In this document: piece after piece, positions 39,101-52,660 of the stretch | How positions within the stretch are numbered: the stretch's first letter is position 1 | Layout: each line of letters opens with the position of its first letter | Origin: Mizuhopecten yessoensis | Lineage: Eukaryota | Direction: 5' to 3' | Assembly: GCF_002113885.1 (NCBI RefSeq) | Contig: NW_018406970.1 | Span: 809,960-873,959 of the forward strand | Length of the DNA: 64,000 bases | Made by a program: the position numbers and the translations under genes | The notes under the pieces: generated by a model | Told to the model about the DNA's origin: nothing | Seen by the model: only the letters and a program-made list of their open reading frames with translations | Database searches by the model: none

Positions 39101-40658
39101 CAACTAACATGTATAATTAGTTTCTTGTTAAAATGTGATTTACATTAAAATACATGTTTTGCAAACAGGTATATGCATGATTATAACTTAGCCACTTATC
39201 ATGAATTATATGTCTGAAAGAACATAAATACTTTTTTGTGCATAATGACTCCGTTTCCGATTTTGTTAACGTTTATTGATGAGCGAGCTATTTCATTTTA
39301 ATTTATTCAAAATAGGTTAGACAAGAATTTATAAACTGTATTAGCCATCACTCACTTTCAGTAGCACTAACTTGGCATTTTTCAATGACACCTTTCCGAG
39401 TGGTAGCGGAATTCCCTTTTGTCCAAGATCTGATTAAAAAAGAATTAAAAAGATCAGACATTGAAATTTTGTTATTAGCGTGCAACCACTTAAAATTTTA
39501 TCCTCAGCAATGTTAAATGATGTTAATCAGCACAGTATGTGATATATTTGAATTTCAGTTTGTTTATCATGTAAAGAAATTGCCTCCCTTTAGCATACTA
39601 TAGACATACTGTAAATATTTTGTATTAAATTGTTAGATTACAATAGTGGCTAAATATGTCAGGGATAACATGGAGTAACGGTATAGAAATATGCTGAAAT
39701 GAAATACATTTGGGATATTATAGAGTAACGGTATGGAAATAAATAAATATGATATATTTTTTTGGATAACATGGAGTATATGATTTTCAATGTTCAATAA
39801 GAGCTTGGTGTTAGTGTAAACATAAATAGTGATGTACTCACCGCATTCATTGTAAGTACGTAGTCGGTAGATGCCCTGGTGTTAGTCTCCAGTCTGCTGC
39901 CTAGTTCGTTCTCTATGTCCTCTGGCTTAAAATAGAGGGTTGACAAAGTTGACACCGGTCGGACATATAGGGCTATTGATCCGGCCATCTTGGTTTCTAT
40001 GGAACCGTCGACAACAGAAATATGCGGCATCGTTGTACTTCTCATTCGTAGTTCAGTCTGACAATTGGGATACTTCTGTTAGAGCTAAAAAGTAAATAAA
40101 ACAATAATAATTCAAGAATGTCAACACTACTATTTTGTGAAATATTTAAAAACCTTTCGGGTCATCAATAAATAAGTATCGTTATCCTTTTGTAATCTTA
40201 CATGTAACCCGATCGATTGAAAACATTATTGACATTATTATGTACTTACTGTCACGTTCTCGTTAAAAATCAAAGTTTTAAAACTTCGTTTCGACATTTT
40301 GTACTGAAAATCTCCATTTAACAGTTAGCCAAATATAGAAATTTATGAGCATATATATGTTTTGACATTAACATTGAAATGTGAAATGATATTGTCAAAG
40401 AAAAATAGTTTGTCTTCCAGTATAATTTACAGACCGCTGGAATAAAGTTGCCGATACATAGCGAACTGGTACACGTCGTATTCAAAACTCCACATGCGCT
40501 TTCAGGTAGCTGAAATGAGAACATAAGTATACCATATAAGGTATACATTGATAGTGTAAACGCACATCCATATAAAATCAAATATTTTCAAACACAGTAC
40601 AATTGTACATATAACCTTGATTTGAATAATTTGTTTCGGATAGCGATCTTCGTACAAA

Positions 40659-41159
40659 NNNNNNNNNNNNNNNNNNNNNNNNNNNNNNNNNNNNNNNNNN
40701 NNNNNNNNNNNNNNNNNNNNNNNNNNNNNNNNNNNNNNNNNNNNNNNNNNNNNNNNNNNNNNNNNNNNNNNNNNNNNNNNNNNNNNNNNNNNNNNNNNNN
40801 NNNNNNNNNNNNNNNNNNNNNNNNNNNNNNNNNNNNNNNNNNNNNNNNNNNNNNNNNNNNNNNNNNNNNNNNNNNNNNNNNNNNNNNNNNNNNNNNNNNN
40901 NNNNNNNNNNNNNNNNNNNNNNNNNNNNNNNNNNNNNNNNNNNNNNNNNNNNNNNNNNNNNNNNNNNNNNNNNNNNNNNNNNNNNNNNNNNNNNNNNNNN
41001 NNNNNNNNNNNNNNNNNNNNNNNNNNNNNNNNNNNNNNNNNNNNNNNNNNNNNNNNNNNNNNNNNNNNNNNNNNNNNNNNNNNNNNNNNNNNNNNNNNNN
41101 NNNNNNNNNNNNNNNNNNNNNNNNNNNNNNNNNNNNNNNNNNNNNNNNNNNNNNNNNNN
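40659..41159. other. Assembly gap in BPI-C intron 8
   Basis: Run of N. Confidence 0.99.
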
Positions 41160-41968
41160 AAAAAAATTGTTAAATAGTTTATCATTACTACTGGTTTTTA
41201 CACCTCATATCTAAACACATATAGCATGTGTAATACTCAATCGTTGGTTTAGACTATATTCTGTAGGTAGATCGGCTATTGTTTCACCTAGTTGTTTAAA
41301 CATATACAATGATAATTGTAAACTCTTGGATAATAAATGTTGTAAACCGTACGTCCTGCGCAGTGAGATTGTAGGAGAGGAGGTTGTGTTGTTGAGCCTG
41401 GTAAAACAAACTGTTCATCATGAAGTCAGACACCCACAAGTACATCATACGGCTTGTGTCGTCCCACAAAGGGAGGGGTGGGGCCTGGAAAGGGGGCGGG
41501 GCAGGCACAGACTTCCAGTCAATTTCACCCTGGAACAGTGTATGTGAAAATACATGTAATATCATATCTTATGATGAAAAACACAAGTTGGCAAACGATA
41601 GAGTGAAAGATAAACAATAATTTTTCGAATTGTAAATAGAACAATTTTGCAACAGAATGTGACACAAAATCATGCATCTCAAACTTGTTCAGCATAAGAT
41701 ATTCATTTATCAAATAGTCTGATTTATGTGGTATTGAACAAATACAAATAGTTGAAAAAAAGAATATTAGAGATGTCCACATTTAATTATTGCTCCAAAA
41801 CGATGCTTTCCTAACTATGTATCTAAACAGAGCTGTTTTTCAAAAATAGATTAGGACAGAATTGTTTTGTAATGCAAATTCTGCAACAATTTCGGCTCGA
41901 AAACGCTTGATGCTTTACACATTCAGTGTGGAAAGATTTTATATAAATTTTTCAGAATGATGATGATA

Positions 41969-42000
<32 letters not shown>

Positions 42001-44737
42001 ATAAGATCATTTTGAGATTATTTTGATGATAATGATGATGATGATAAATAAATAATGATTATGATGACAATGATGAAGACGGCGAAGGTGATAAATAAAT
42101 ACTATGAAAAAGTTTGTGTGGATGTGTGTGTGCATTTGTCATTAACATTATATATATAGACAGACTTTTGAAAATTAAACAATTACAAATAAAATTGTTT
42201 TAAATAGAAACCATCATCTGCAGCACAGATAAAGAGGTTATTTATAACGGTATCCCTTACCTTGTGATAGGTCTCCATATAGTCAGAGGTAAACGTTGGT
42301 GGCCCTGTAAGTTTATAGCTCAACTCAAACATGTTTCCGATGCCCACGGTAACTAAAAGTAAAAAAGAAATTTACCTGGAAACCACTAAATGTATGGCAA
42401 CTCAGATATGACTTTTACGCATTGCAAATTGCCTGATACCACTTTTACTAGAATTTCAACGAAAACTTACTTTTCAACAAGGACAGGGACTTTTCTGCAT
42501 CTGTGTTGAGAGAGCGACTGATCAGGTCGCACATCTGAAAAATCAAAAATACCTAATTTAGTATTGACATCATGAAACAATTGATATTCATGAAAGAATT
42601 GTCAATCTTTTCCTTATATCCAACTGTTACCTCTTGTTCTCGAGGAAAACCAAATATACCCTGAAGTTTCTTGAAACAATTAGGTAATACAGGTTAATAT
42701 TTCTACTCTTAAGAAGTAGAACAGATCTCTAAGTGCGCTCTAAATATGTAGAATGATCTTACTACTCTTAACAGGCATCCATTTTTAAAATCAAGATTAA
42801 CAAAATATAAAAAATAAACAAATAAAGCATCACTCAAAGAATCAAAATCTTGTATGATGTTAGGCGTTCCCATTGTTTGAAAAGCGTCTAAAGAATATGT
42901 TAACTAAAGCCAAAATGCAAATGAAATAATAATGATAATAAACTTTAATTATTGAGGATAAACTAATGGTGAGCCAAAGGCTAATCTTCCACATGATTAT
43001 CTTGCTAGTAAAATACATGTGCTAGTTAAAAGTTACGTATATATTGATTTAATGGATATAATGATTTATATATAAAGTTATATAACAGTTTTCTTAATTG
43101 AAAGTATCACAGAATGCATATAGTATCATGCAAAGGTATTTCATAAATTAAATGGCATGTGCCTAATTTACATACATGCTAATATAGAAATATGGAAAAA
43201 AAAAGTGAAAAATTAAATAAGTAAAATGATCAATGTGTCTAAGTAAACTATTTATTCTCAAGAATTATTGACGTTCATTTAATTTAAAAAAAAAACAGGT
43301 TAAATTATCCGCAACCTTACCTTATCCTTGAGTTTGCTTTTAATCTTTTTCGCTAATTGCCCTCGGAATGCATTGTATGCCCATGCCCATTTGCCGTGGA
43401 ACTTGATGGACACACCTCCTATATCACTTGTGCATGGTCCTGCGCTGATACTAGGACGTCCAGTGATGTCCACTTCTTCCGGAAACACATTATGCAAATC
43501 AGTCCCATAAGATTGATTGTCACTATAAGTACTTTATAAGAAGAGTGTATAAGTAATATTGGTTTCGGTTTTGATTTTAGAGCAAGGGAAGTCAGTGTAG
43601 AAAGGTCCTTTGATTTATAAAGTATCATGTATACATGTTTCTTTTATCGCTTAAGTATTACATATTTTTATATATAAATAAATATATTATAAAACTTTTA
43701 ATCATGTGTTCGACCCGAAATGACATAATGACACATCTACATACTTATTAATACAGACCACTCGTATTTAACAATAATCTTTCTTTAGGAAACCAGTTTG
43801 CTTCCATCCCAAAAACAAGTTGTTTATTTACAAGTTCTATAACATTGTTATTGTAGAGTATTTGATGCTTTTAAGGCGTTTTTTAATTTCGTTCATGCCT
43901 ACATACGACTATCTGACTTCTTTTGGCGCTGACATATCTATTACTTATACTTAAAAGGAGGTATAGTAAAATGGTTGAATACTTCTATTTAAGAGTTTTT
44001 ACGTGTTCTCATCAAATGTTTTATGGTTTTGATTTGTGTATAAATATCAACCATCAGACGGAGGCTCGACCAAAAACTTTGATAGGTCATTTGAGATATA
44101 AATAAAATGCTACAGAACAGGTATAGGCCCGGGTCCCATAGTCATGTACTCTCTTATTCAGCTGTGCTACATTTAAGTGATACTTTGTAGAAAAAGTCAT
44201 GATATCTGACATTTACAAGAAGTTACAATAGGTAGACATCACAGTGAAAGTAAATGTTCTTGAATGAGCCAGACTGATATATTGATTTTAAGTTTTGCGT
44301 GTTCGCACCAAGTCAAAAGATGTTTTAAATCACTGAATGAATGATTGTTATGCTGAGCTTGCCCTAAAAGATGACTGTTATGCTGGAAAACATCCCTATT
44401 AGCATTTCACTCAGAGTGACTTTGGATGACAAATATGAAAGACAACCTACCAAAATCGGCTTGTACACTGAAGTAAACTCCAGATACGGATATATCAAAG
44501 CTGCCATCATCCGAAAACTTACGGCTGTGAATACAAATATTTAGTTAATATTATATTGTAGCACACCTAAACATATTCCATAGAAAATCTATCAATTGCA
44601 TTTAACGCTTTCATAATTTTGCTCATTATTTCAAACGCAAAAGGCGCTAACATGAGACTACCGTTTTGATAATTACGATAAGTATTTGACGTGACAATGG
44701 ATTTTCTGCTCTTTAACCTATGGAAATATTCTAAAGA

Positions 44738-45707
44738 GCGTGATTACCATAGGGGAGATTCTATAGACACCATAAATTATATATACTGCATATATGTCGT
44801 AATGGATATGAAGTAAAAGTCACCGAGGGAATACATCATTGCTGTCATAGTGATATGTTTAAACTAGAATGTCAGTAGTGTTGAAGCGTAATGACAAAAT
44901 AAAAATATTACAAGTATGAATTCTAAAATATATAAGTACATACTAAATATAATAATGTCACAAATTTATAATTGTTAATGATAAACTGATTCATTTTCGA
45001 TCATAACATTGAACTGTGTTTATCCCAATTTACGGTTTAATTACTGTATAATCAACAACCAAGCACATTATCAAGATTCTATGTTTGGGAATTGAATGAC
45101 AAAATAAAAATATTACAAGTATGAATTCTAAAATATATAAGTAGCGTGATTACCATAGGGGAGATTCTATAGACACCATAAATTATATATACTGCATATA
45201 TGTCGTAATGGATATGAAGTAAAAGTCACCGAGGGAATACATCATTGCTGTCATAGTGATATGTTTAAACTAGAATGTCAGTAGTGTTGAAGCGTAATGA
45301 CAAAATAAAAATATTACAAGTATGAATTCTAAAATATATAAGTACATACTAAATATAATAATGTCACAAATTTATAATTGTTAATGATAAACTGATTCAT
45401 TTTCGATCATAACATTGAACTGTGTTTATCCCAATTTACGGTTTAATTACTGTATAATCAACAACCAAGCACATTATCAAGATTCTATGTTTGGGAATTG
45501 AATGACAAAATAAAAATATTACAAGTATGAATTCTAAAATATATAAGTACATACTAAATATAATAATGTCACAAATTTATAATTGTTAATGATAAACTGA
45601 TTCATTTTCGATCATAACATTGAACTGTGTTTATCCCAATTTACGGTTTAATTACTGTATAATCAACAACCAAGCACATTATCAAGATTCTATGTTTGGG
45701 AATTGAA
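44738..45707. repeat. Local near-exact tandem duplications in BPI-C intron 3
   Basis: Block X (GCGTGATTACCATAGGGGAG..., about 150 bp) at 44738 and 45144. Block Y (AATGACAAAATAAAAATATTAC...GGGAATTG, about 205 bp) at about 44890, 45296 and 45501, plus a partial copy at about 45095. Both are single-copy in paralog B (26674-27020). Confidence 0.9.
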
Positions 45708-47008
45708 CGCCCTCAAAACAACATAAGGGCACGGGGGCCTACGAAGGGGGAAAGAGAAGTAACGACAAATCTCAAGTGTTGCAATGGGGGCAACATATCA
45801 ATTTTGGTCTTTTCCATGTCCTCTTAGTAAAAGACACAGAAGAAAACCCCGATTCTTTAGGCCCCCACATTAGTCGCATTTTACAACATTGGTTGCCTCC
45901 TACGACATGCAGAATGATAAACCGGGAAAATCCAGTCCCCGAACCTGCACAGGGCCACTCATGTTAAGGAAGAAGACAGAATGACGAAACACCTTGTTAT
46001 ATAATAGTAAACACGCAGTCAAAACGACCGATTGCAGAAATTACAGATCGCATTTTAGGCTTAAAAAGTATCACTTACAAGTTTTTTCTTGAATGAGTAC
46101 TCGAACCTTCCGCTCATGGCGAGGCCTATGTCTGAAACTGACCATTTCAGCCCAATACCTGCTATGGGTTTAAGCGAGCTTGAGGATGGCGGTGAAAATT
46201 CGGTTATTTGGGCACTGTCAGAGGAAGAGACATAAATTAACGTATTTAAATAAAGAGAGCAAGCCATAGTTTATACTCATCTGCATACTTGTATCGTTAA
46301 TTGATCAAGTGTTTATTGTCTAAATGGTTTGACTTAAATTGGATGTTTTGTGGTCTTGTTGTAAGAGACTTTTAATCCGAATAATGGAATAGAATGAATC
46401 GTAAGTATTGGAGTTTCTTTTAATTCAATATCGAAACAAGTGAGTAACCGTCCCACATACTCAGTGATGGAGTAGACTCTCCAGGCGGGATATCGATTTT
46501 CTGACCCCTCACACTCTTCGACAGCTGAACAATTGATTCTTGGTTTGCTGAAAAATATACGGGACTTACTTAATTTAATGTGCTATAAGAAAACGAAAAT
46601 AGGATTCGAATCAATAGTAATTGTGTTTTCTTTGTAGTAAGCAAGTTAAAGTGAAATGACGTCGGTTAAAATTGAGAAAGAAGAGTATGATTTTACATTC
46701 GAAGTCAACCATGAATATAGATTAAGTCGAAATCTTGATAGAAGTCAAACAACAAAACGAAAGTAGGAAATACCATATTATATATCATTATTGTTAACGA
46801 TTATCCTTGTTTCAAAAATGAAAACAAATGTAAGGTGTGCACAGACTATTTAATGTCTATCACCGATCGTATTCCTTTTATTACATTATATTTGAATATG
46901 ATTTATCAATGGCAGTAGCAATCATATCCGGTGTAGTGCCTCTAGTAATATCATGACACATGAGGATAGGGGAAGCATAGGAAGTGATCTGATAAAGTAC
47001 CTGATATA

Positions 47009-47227
47009 CTGTGAAATCTCTAATTGTAGAGGGGCTTTCAATTTCATTGATATCACGGGTAATATCCATCCACGAATTCAGAGTTCCACGAAGTAATTAC
47101 ACGTTTTATAAAAAGTGATTCTCCGTTTGAGTGGGTACTCGTTATTCAGGAATTTATGTACCAACGATATGACGTTTAGTCTTGAAACCTCGAAATTCGG
47201 GCCACACGAAAATATCTGATTTCACAG
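47009..47227. mobile_element. MITE with TA-flanked TIRs
   Basis: TA-CTGTGAAATC ... GATTTCACAG-TA, with internal CCACGAA(A/T) motifs. A related decayed copy is at 61668-61859. Confidence 0.8.
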
Positions 47228-47391
47228 TATACTATTGTATACTATGTATAACTGATTGTCTTAAGACAGCTTTCACTCAATGTATATTAACATTTTCACA
47301 CTGACCATAGGAACGGTTTATATTGCTTTTTTATCTGTTGAGAGGGACACAGGTACTCGAATACAAATAAGTCACTGGGCAAATATTGTAT

Positions 47392-48887
47392 GATGTTTTA
47401 ATTTATATAAATGATATTGTTATTGATATTGCCTCTGTAAGTAAGCTTTTCGCTGACGACAATTTATATCATAGTTGATACGCCATTTTTGGCAGCTGAA
47501 CAACTAAATAATGACTTAGAAAAAATCATTATTTGGGCAAAACTTTGGCAGGTGGATTTTAATCCACAAAAAACTAAGAGTATTATTATATCAAGGAAAA
47601 GAGTTCCTCACAATCATCCTTTCCTATATCTTAACAATGCCCCAATAGAAAATGTGAACTGCCACAAATATTTAGGTGTTACACTGTTTGAAGATTGTAG
47701 TTGGTCTATACATGTTGATGACATTATCAACAAGGTGACGACTAAACTAAACCTTTTACGGAAAATACGTTTTACCCTTGATAGAAAATGTTTACAAATA
47801 TTATATTTTACTTTTATAAGATCTATTTTGGAATATGCTGACGTCGTCTGGGACAAATTAACTATTGAATATGTAAATAAGCTTGAGAAAATTAACCAGG
47901 AGGCAGCGAGAATAGTATGTGGTGCTACAAAACTTACAATCTAAATAAGTTGTATATAGAAACCGGATGGGAAAACTTAAATGAAAGAAGGAAAAAACAT
48001 AAATTGACACAATTTTTTAAAATGTTTCATCGTCTCACTCCTGATTATCTTTTCAAGCTTGTACCTCCTAGCATGTCTGAAATGCATAACTACAGCACTA
48101 GGCATGGTAACGATCTTACGGGTATCAGATGCACCACTGAGTTTTATCGTAAGTCTTTCCTACCCTCAGTTATTTCTCTTTGGAATAATACTCCTGAGGA
48201 GATTCGTTTTCATCCTTCGTGTCCCAACTTCAAGTCCTATCTCGACCAGAACTCTAGGGGACGCCCCCTGGATATTATTATGTAGGGTCGAGACAATATT
48301 AAATATATCATACTAGACTACGTCTCGGTTGCAGTTCTTTAAAACGCCATCTTTTTGAAAGAAATCTTGTTGATAATCCCTTATGTGCATGTGGACATTT
48401 TGTAGAAGACAGTTCCCATTATTTGTTATATTGTACCAATCACATTGAATCACGCCAAAGATACTTGACTCCATTGCCTTACCAATTCAGTGTTAATTTA
48501 TTACTGTTTGGTGATGTATCAAAAACATATGACCAAAATGTAAACATTTTTATAGCTACTCAAATTTCTATCAAATCAACCAGAAGATTTACAAGCAATT
48601 ATAATTCAACCACATAAAGTTATCATGTAAACTCAACTACCCATCCAACCGGGTAAAACTTCATCAGTTACTATCTTTATCCATGTTCTATCTGTTTCTC
48701 TTCACAATTTCTTATGTACATATTTAGGCTATCACTGCAAAGTTATACATGTTTTATCAGCAAAGCTTGTTATATATGGTGAGAAGGACTATGTATAAGT
48801 ACAACAGTACTTGTTTCCCAATCATCTGAATGAAATGTCTATGTAATTGTACATGTTTATTGATAGGAATAAAATATGGTTTAAACT
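47392..48887 (+). mobile_element. 5'-truncated CR1/L2-like LINE (RT C-terminus, C-terminal region, 3' UTR) in BPI-C intron 1
   Basis: Reads FLIYINDIV..SKLFADD, LNNDLEKIIIWAKLWQVDFNPQKT, HKYLGV, LYFTFIRSILEYADVVWD, SFLPSVISLWN and the Cys motif LCACGHFVEDSSHYLLYC. The 3' end is AATAAAATATGGTTTAAACT. An 11-bp TSD AAATATTGTAT lies at 47381-47391 and 48888-48898. Confidence 0.92.
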
Positions 48888-50447
48888 AAATATTGTATCT
48901 ATGTAACAACGGTTAAGGAAGGAAATCTTAGATACCAAAACGAGTGTATGAAATAAACAATGACACTGAATACAAATATATAAAGCTCACAATCAAAACA
49001 CTATTGTAGACATTTTGTCCTTATGTGATGAAATATAACCAGGTATGAACTTGTGTAGAAACAAAAGGTTGCTTAAATGAAAACATGAGTAAATGTATGA
49101 ATATATATGCAAGCTGGTATGCTGTTTATATGAGTGAGAGAATATCAACTAATAACCACTATACGCTATCAGCTCTCTGGAATACATGTTTAACGTAAGT
49201 ATATAATACGTTTGAGAAAGTTTATAAAAATTAAATATGCATTAATGTCTTATTATTTACATAATAACACAGTTATGTGTACACATTGTTTAAATATACT
49301 AGTCAGATGGTATTTACATTACGTTGATTGTTTCCGAAGCACATCAATGTTTACGTAGATTTAATACCTATATAGATTAAATAGTATGATACATATATAA
49401 TGCTTACCAGAATTATTCATTCATTCCAAAAAAAAGTTACTTTACAGACCTGCTAAAACTGTGTTAAATTCAATCGTTACCGTAATTAAGTCCTGCCGCT
49501 GTGATTCTGGTCTGAAATCCCGGATTCTCGGACACGGCAATGTCAAACCAATACATCACAGCTAAACAAAAAAGTACAATGCCACTGGACCCAGCCATCG
49601 TCAGCATAAAGCGCCTCGTTCGAATAAGGTTTGATACATTAACGGTGTCACGTGGTCACTATTATAATACAGGAATTCGAACGTACGATCTCCTCAAACA
49701 CGACAGCATGACCTGTACTCTAGTTTTGTTTACTAGAATTCCTTCTTTCGATTTGAATACATGTATAAGGGGGAGTAACTCCTCACTTATTGAATGCCTG
49801 TGGCTATATATACATGTAATGTACACGGTCGCCGTGAAGGCTATAATAATAAGAACGGTCACACAAATGTGACACGTATAATTAAAACACATACTCATGA
49901 ATGTAATATACTTTAAGTTTATCTTAGAATGTCTACTTATTTATAAAAAGATTGAATGCAAGAATTATATTATATAAAATTATATTAGTTTGCTGATATA
50001 ATCGATTCATTAATCGAATAAATTCGTTATATTTTATATATTCATTATTGGTATGTAAAGAACACATATTTATGAATTATACACACTATAAGTCCATCTA
50101 AATATGTTTATTTATGTATGTAATGAATTTATGTATTTCATAAATATATTAGTTTAGTTAATTAATTATAAGGTTTATTTACTTTATTTATCTCGAATGT
50201 TCACATACATTATAATAGATTCAATAGTCAAATAAATCCATTTTGTTAAGCGAAGATGAAATGACAATAAATTCATATATTAAGGTGTTGAAATTTTGCT
50301 TTAATACATGCAACCTGCAACCTGCAGCTGCTCAAATCCTAGCATTTTCATTTGAAGTGCCAGGAACCGTGATTAACGACATGTATTTTACTAAGGTTAA
50401 AGCGATTATTACTTAACGTAAACGAAAGTTATATTTCCTAGATTAAC

Positions 50448-50848
50448 TCACTGAAAAAGAAATCCATTTAACATTCTGAACGAGGGGTGTATGTCTGCCC
50501 CGCTGATATGTCCCATCACAACTCGTACACGTACCGAGACCTCATCGTCAGGGGTCGACATCGTGACAACTGATGCTGTGCCCATTATCCAATTTGTATC
50601 GTCTCCACCCAGAGCTGAACCACAACACACCGTTACGAACTTACTCTGTTATCATTAAGTGGCCAGCAGTATTTTGAATAGCAATGACAATTGTATACGC
50701 CAGCTTATACACAGGTAAATATGTCGATTGTTTAGCTGAAATGGGCACTGATATTTTTGTCGATTTGCTCAAACGGAACGATACGCTCTGATGCTTGATC
50801 ACCTACTGTATGCATGAAATGCAATAAGGCTACTGTCGGCTGTGGATA
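50448..50848 (-). pseudogene. Inverted gC1q-exon pseudogene (intron-3 homology continues to about 51436)
   Basis: Paralog of 27701-28101 (GGDDTNWIMGTASVVTMSTPDDEVSVRV...MLNGFLFQ*). Its 3' flank mirrors that of C1q copy 4 (GTTCCTGGCACTTCAAATG vs GTTCCTGACACTTTCAATG). Confidence 0.88.
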
Positions 50849-51439
50849 ATAAAAACATATCTCAAACGTATGGAAGAAAATTCCGACTACATACAAAATG
50901 CATTTACATATGAAACGGTAGAAGCCGGTCACGTGGCAGGGAATGACTGCTACGGGACTCATCAAACGAGTATTGTGACCAAACATTGGCAGCTTACATA
51001 TATTTTAATGTTCACAATAATATGGAGTTTGTTTTTACTTCGGGCAATACAGCATTGTTTTCCTCAAGGTAAGGCCAAATGTTGATTAAGAAAATGTAAA
51101 CGGAAATATCGAACCTGGTTGTTGAATCTTGTACTGTAGAGAATTTCGCCAATCCAAGGCCATCACGTTCAAAGGTAGATCCCTCGATGACAAGGACGTG
51201 GTATCTCTTGAGCTGAGTTTGGCGAAAATATTATCAAACTTTGTTGCAAAGCAAGCAGCAGCACTACATATTTTATTCTCACTATTTCAATATCAATCCG
51301 ATAATGTATATACGAAATACATCTGTTCGTTAAGCAGCCTGAGTAAGAACTAAACATGATCCATTTTAGACGTAATTTATATACCCTGATTCACAACTTG
51401 CGTATTTTTACTATTCTAATGCAGTAAACGCATGCGTCG

Positions 51440-51645
51440 TCATAAATATGGATTTGATTCGTAACGGATGATCTGTTTGGGACAGCTCTGAGTTGATACA
51501 ATTACTGTTGGACAACAAACGCAGCATCAGTTATCCCGATTTTGGCCCCCGGTGATGAGACTTACGTCCGGATGGGAAAGGACCATAAAGTGAGACAGAC
51601 ATCCAACCTATGTCTGCGATGTATAACGGATTCCGGATTCACTGA
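51440..51645 (+). pseudogene. Relic 3' half of a gC1q exon
   Basis: GGACAACAAACGCAGCATCAGTTATCCCGATTTTGGCCCCCGGTGATGAG aligns with GGACAACGGGCGCAGCATCAGCTATCACAATGCTGGCTCCCGGTGATGAG of the intact exon. Ends in ATTCACTGA. Confidence 0.85.
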
Positions 51646-52089
51646 GCTAAAACCACAACATAACAAATGTGTTTCTTTGCCACAATAGATAAACATGTAT
51701 CTCAGGTAAGGACAATGGTATCAATTTCACTGTAACAGTTGTGTTGTTATAAAGGCGCTACGAAGGATACAGATAAAATATAGATTATTTTGTTTTGTTT
51801 TGTTGTTAAAGCAATTTTTTACACTGGCAGGTTCGTCTTCATTTGTTTTAAGGCTGTTAAACCCACAAACAAACAAACAAACAAGCAATTTACACGTGTA
51901 GATAAAAAATGGATTCTAAACAAACTTATATGCCTTACAATTTCGGTCCTTGATATGTGCTACAAGCCAAAATACATTAAGCCTAAAGTGAAGTCTGACC
52001 CAAAAGGAAATTGTACCGTAAAGCATACTATGATAAACGACTTATATACCGTTATGTTAACTAACATTAAATTTAAAGTTCGTATAAAT

Positions 52090-52411
52090 TATAATAAGAA
52101 TAATTTGAGGTTCCTATATACCGCCTTATTACAACCTTGGCCGTGTAAAAGCGATTCACAAATTATTAGTCTGGTCGTAAAGCCTTTGCAACCAGCCAAT
52201 ATCTTTTTCAACTTCCTGGGAAGCACACAGCCGGTGCTGCCATTTAACGATTAAAGCACTGCCAAAACACGTTCTCAGTTACCGCTGAGTAGACAGGAAC
52301 ACGCGAAATAAATAATCTTGTTCGGGGATACAGCACAGTGCCATGAAATGATTTGAACCCTCGACCCTTTAGTCACGAGCCCGGCATCCTACCACTCACC
52401 TACCGTGCCTC
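52090..52411 (-). mobile_element. tRNA-derived SINE (paralog of 2370-2681)
   Basis: Same element upstream of C1q copy 4. Confidence 0.72.
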
Positions 52412-52660
52412 TATAGTAATCCAATGTTCCTTTTACCTTCTATTTGCAGAACATATTAGAAAAGAGAGAGGGTTTATATTTGTATACATTTGAAAGTGTG
52501 TTTCGAGCATTTCTGTATATCTTATATATACACACTTCGTCCTATTATCTCTTTTTAAGGTCGTGTGTCGCCTACGCCTTATCTGACCTACAATGTACAT
52601 GCCCCACTATAAAATAAGCTGCGCATTTGATCACACCTCATTTCTAAAACTATTGTAAAA

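Larger units (their letters stand above)
37775..49598 (-). pseudogene. LBP/BPI-family pseudogene C (exons 1-10, 14, 15)
   Basis: Exons 49598-49481 (MAGSSGIVLFCLAVMYWFDIAVSENPGFQTRITAAGLNY), 46547-46461 (87 vs 100 bp), 46214-46079 (136 vs 132), 44524-44451, 43475-43321, 42534-42471, 42352-42261, 41529-41353, 40509-40435, 40084-39842 (TAA as second codon), 39429-39356, 37825-37775. The exon-2 frameshift gives an early stop; exons 11-13 are deleted; there is a LINE in intron 1. Confidence 0.88.

Noticed and set aside
38281-41185. Long ORFs containing X runs
   Set aside because: Artefacts of the N gaps.
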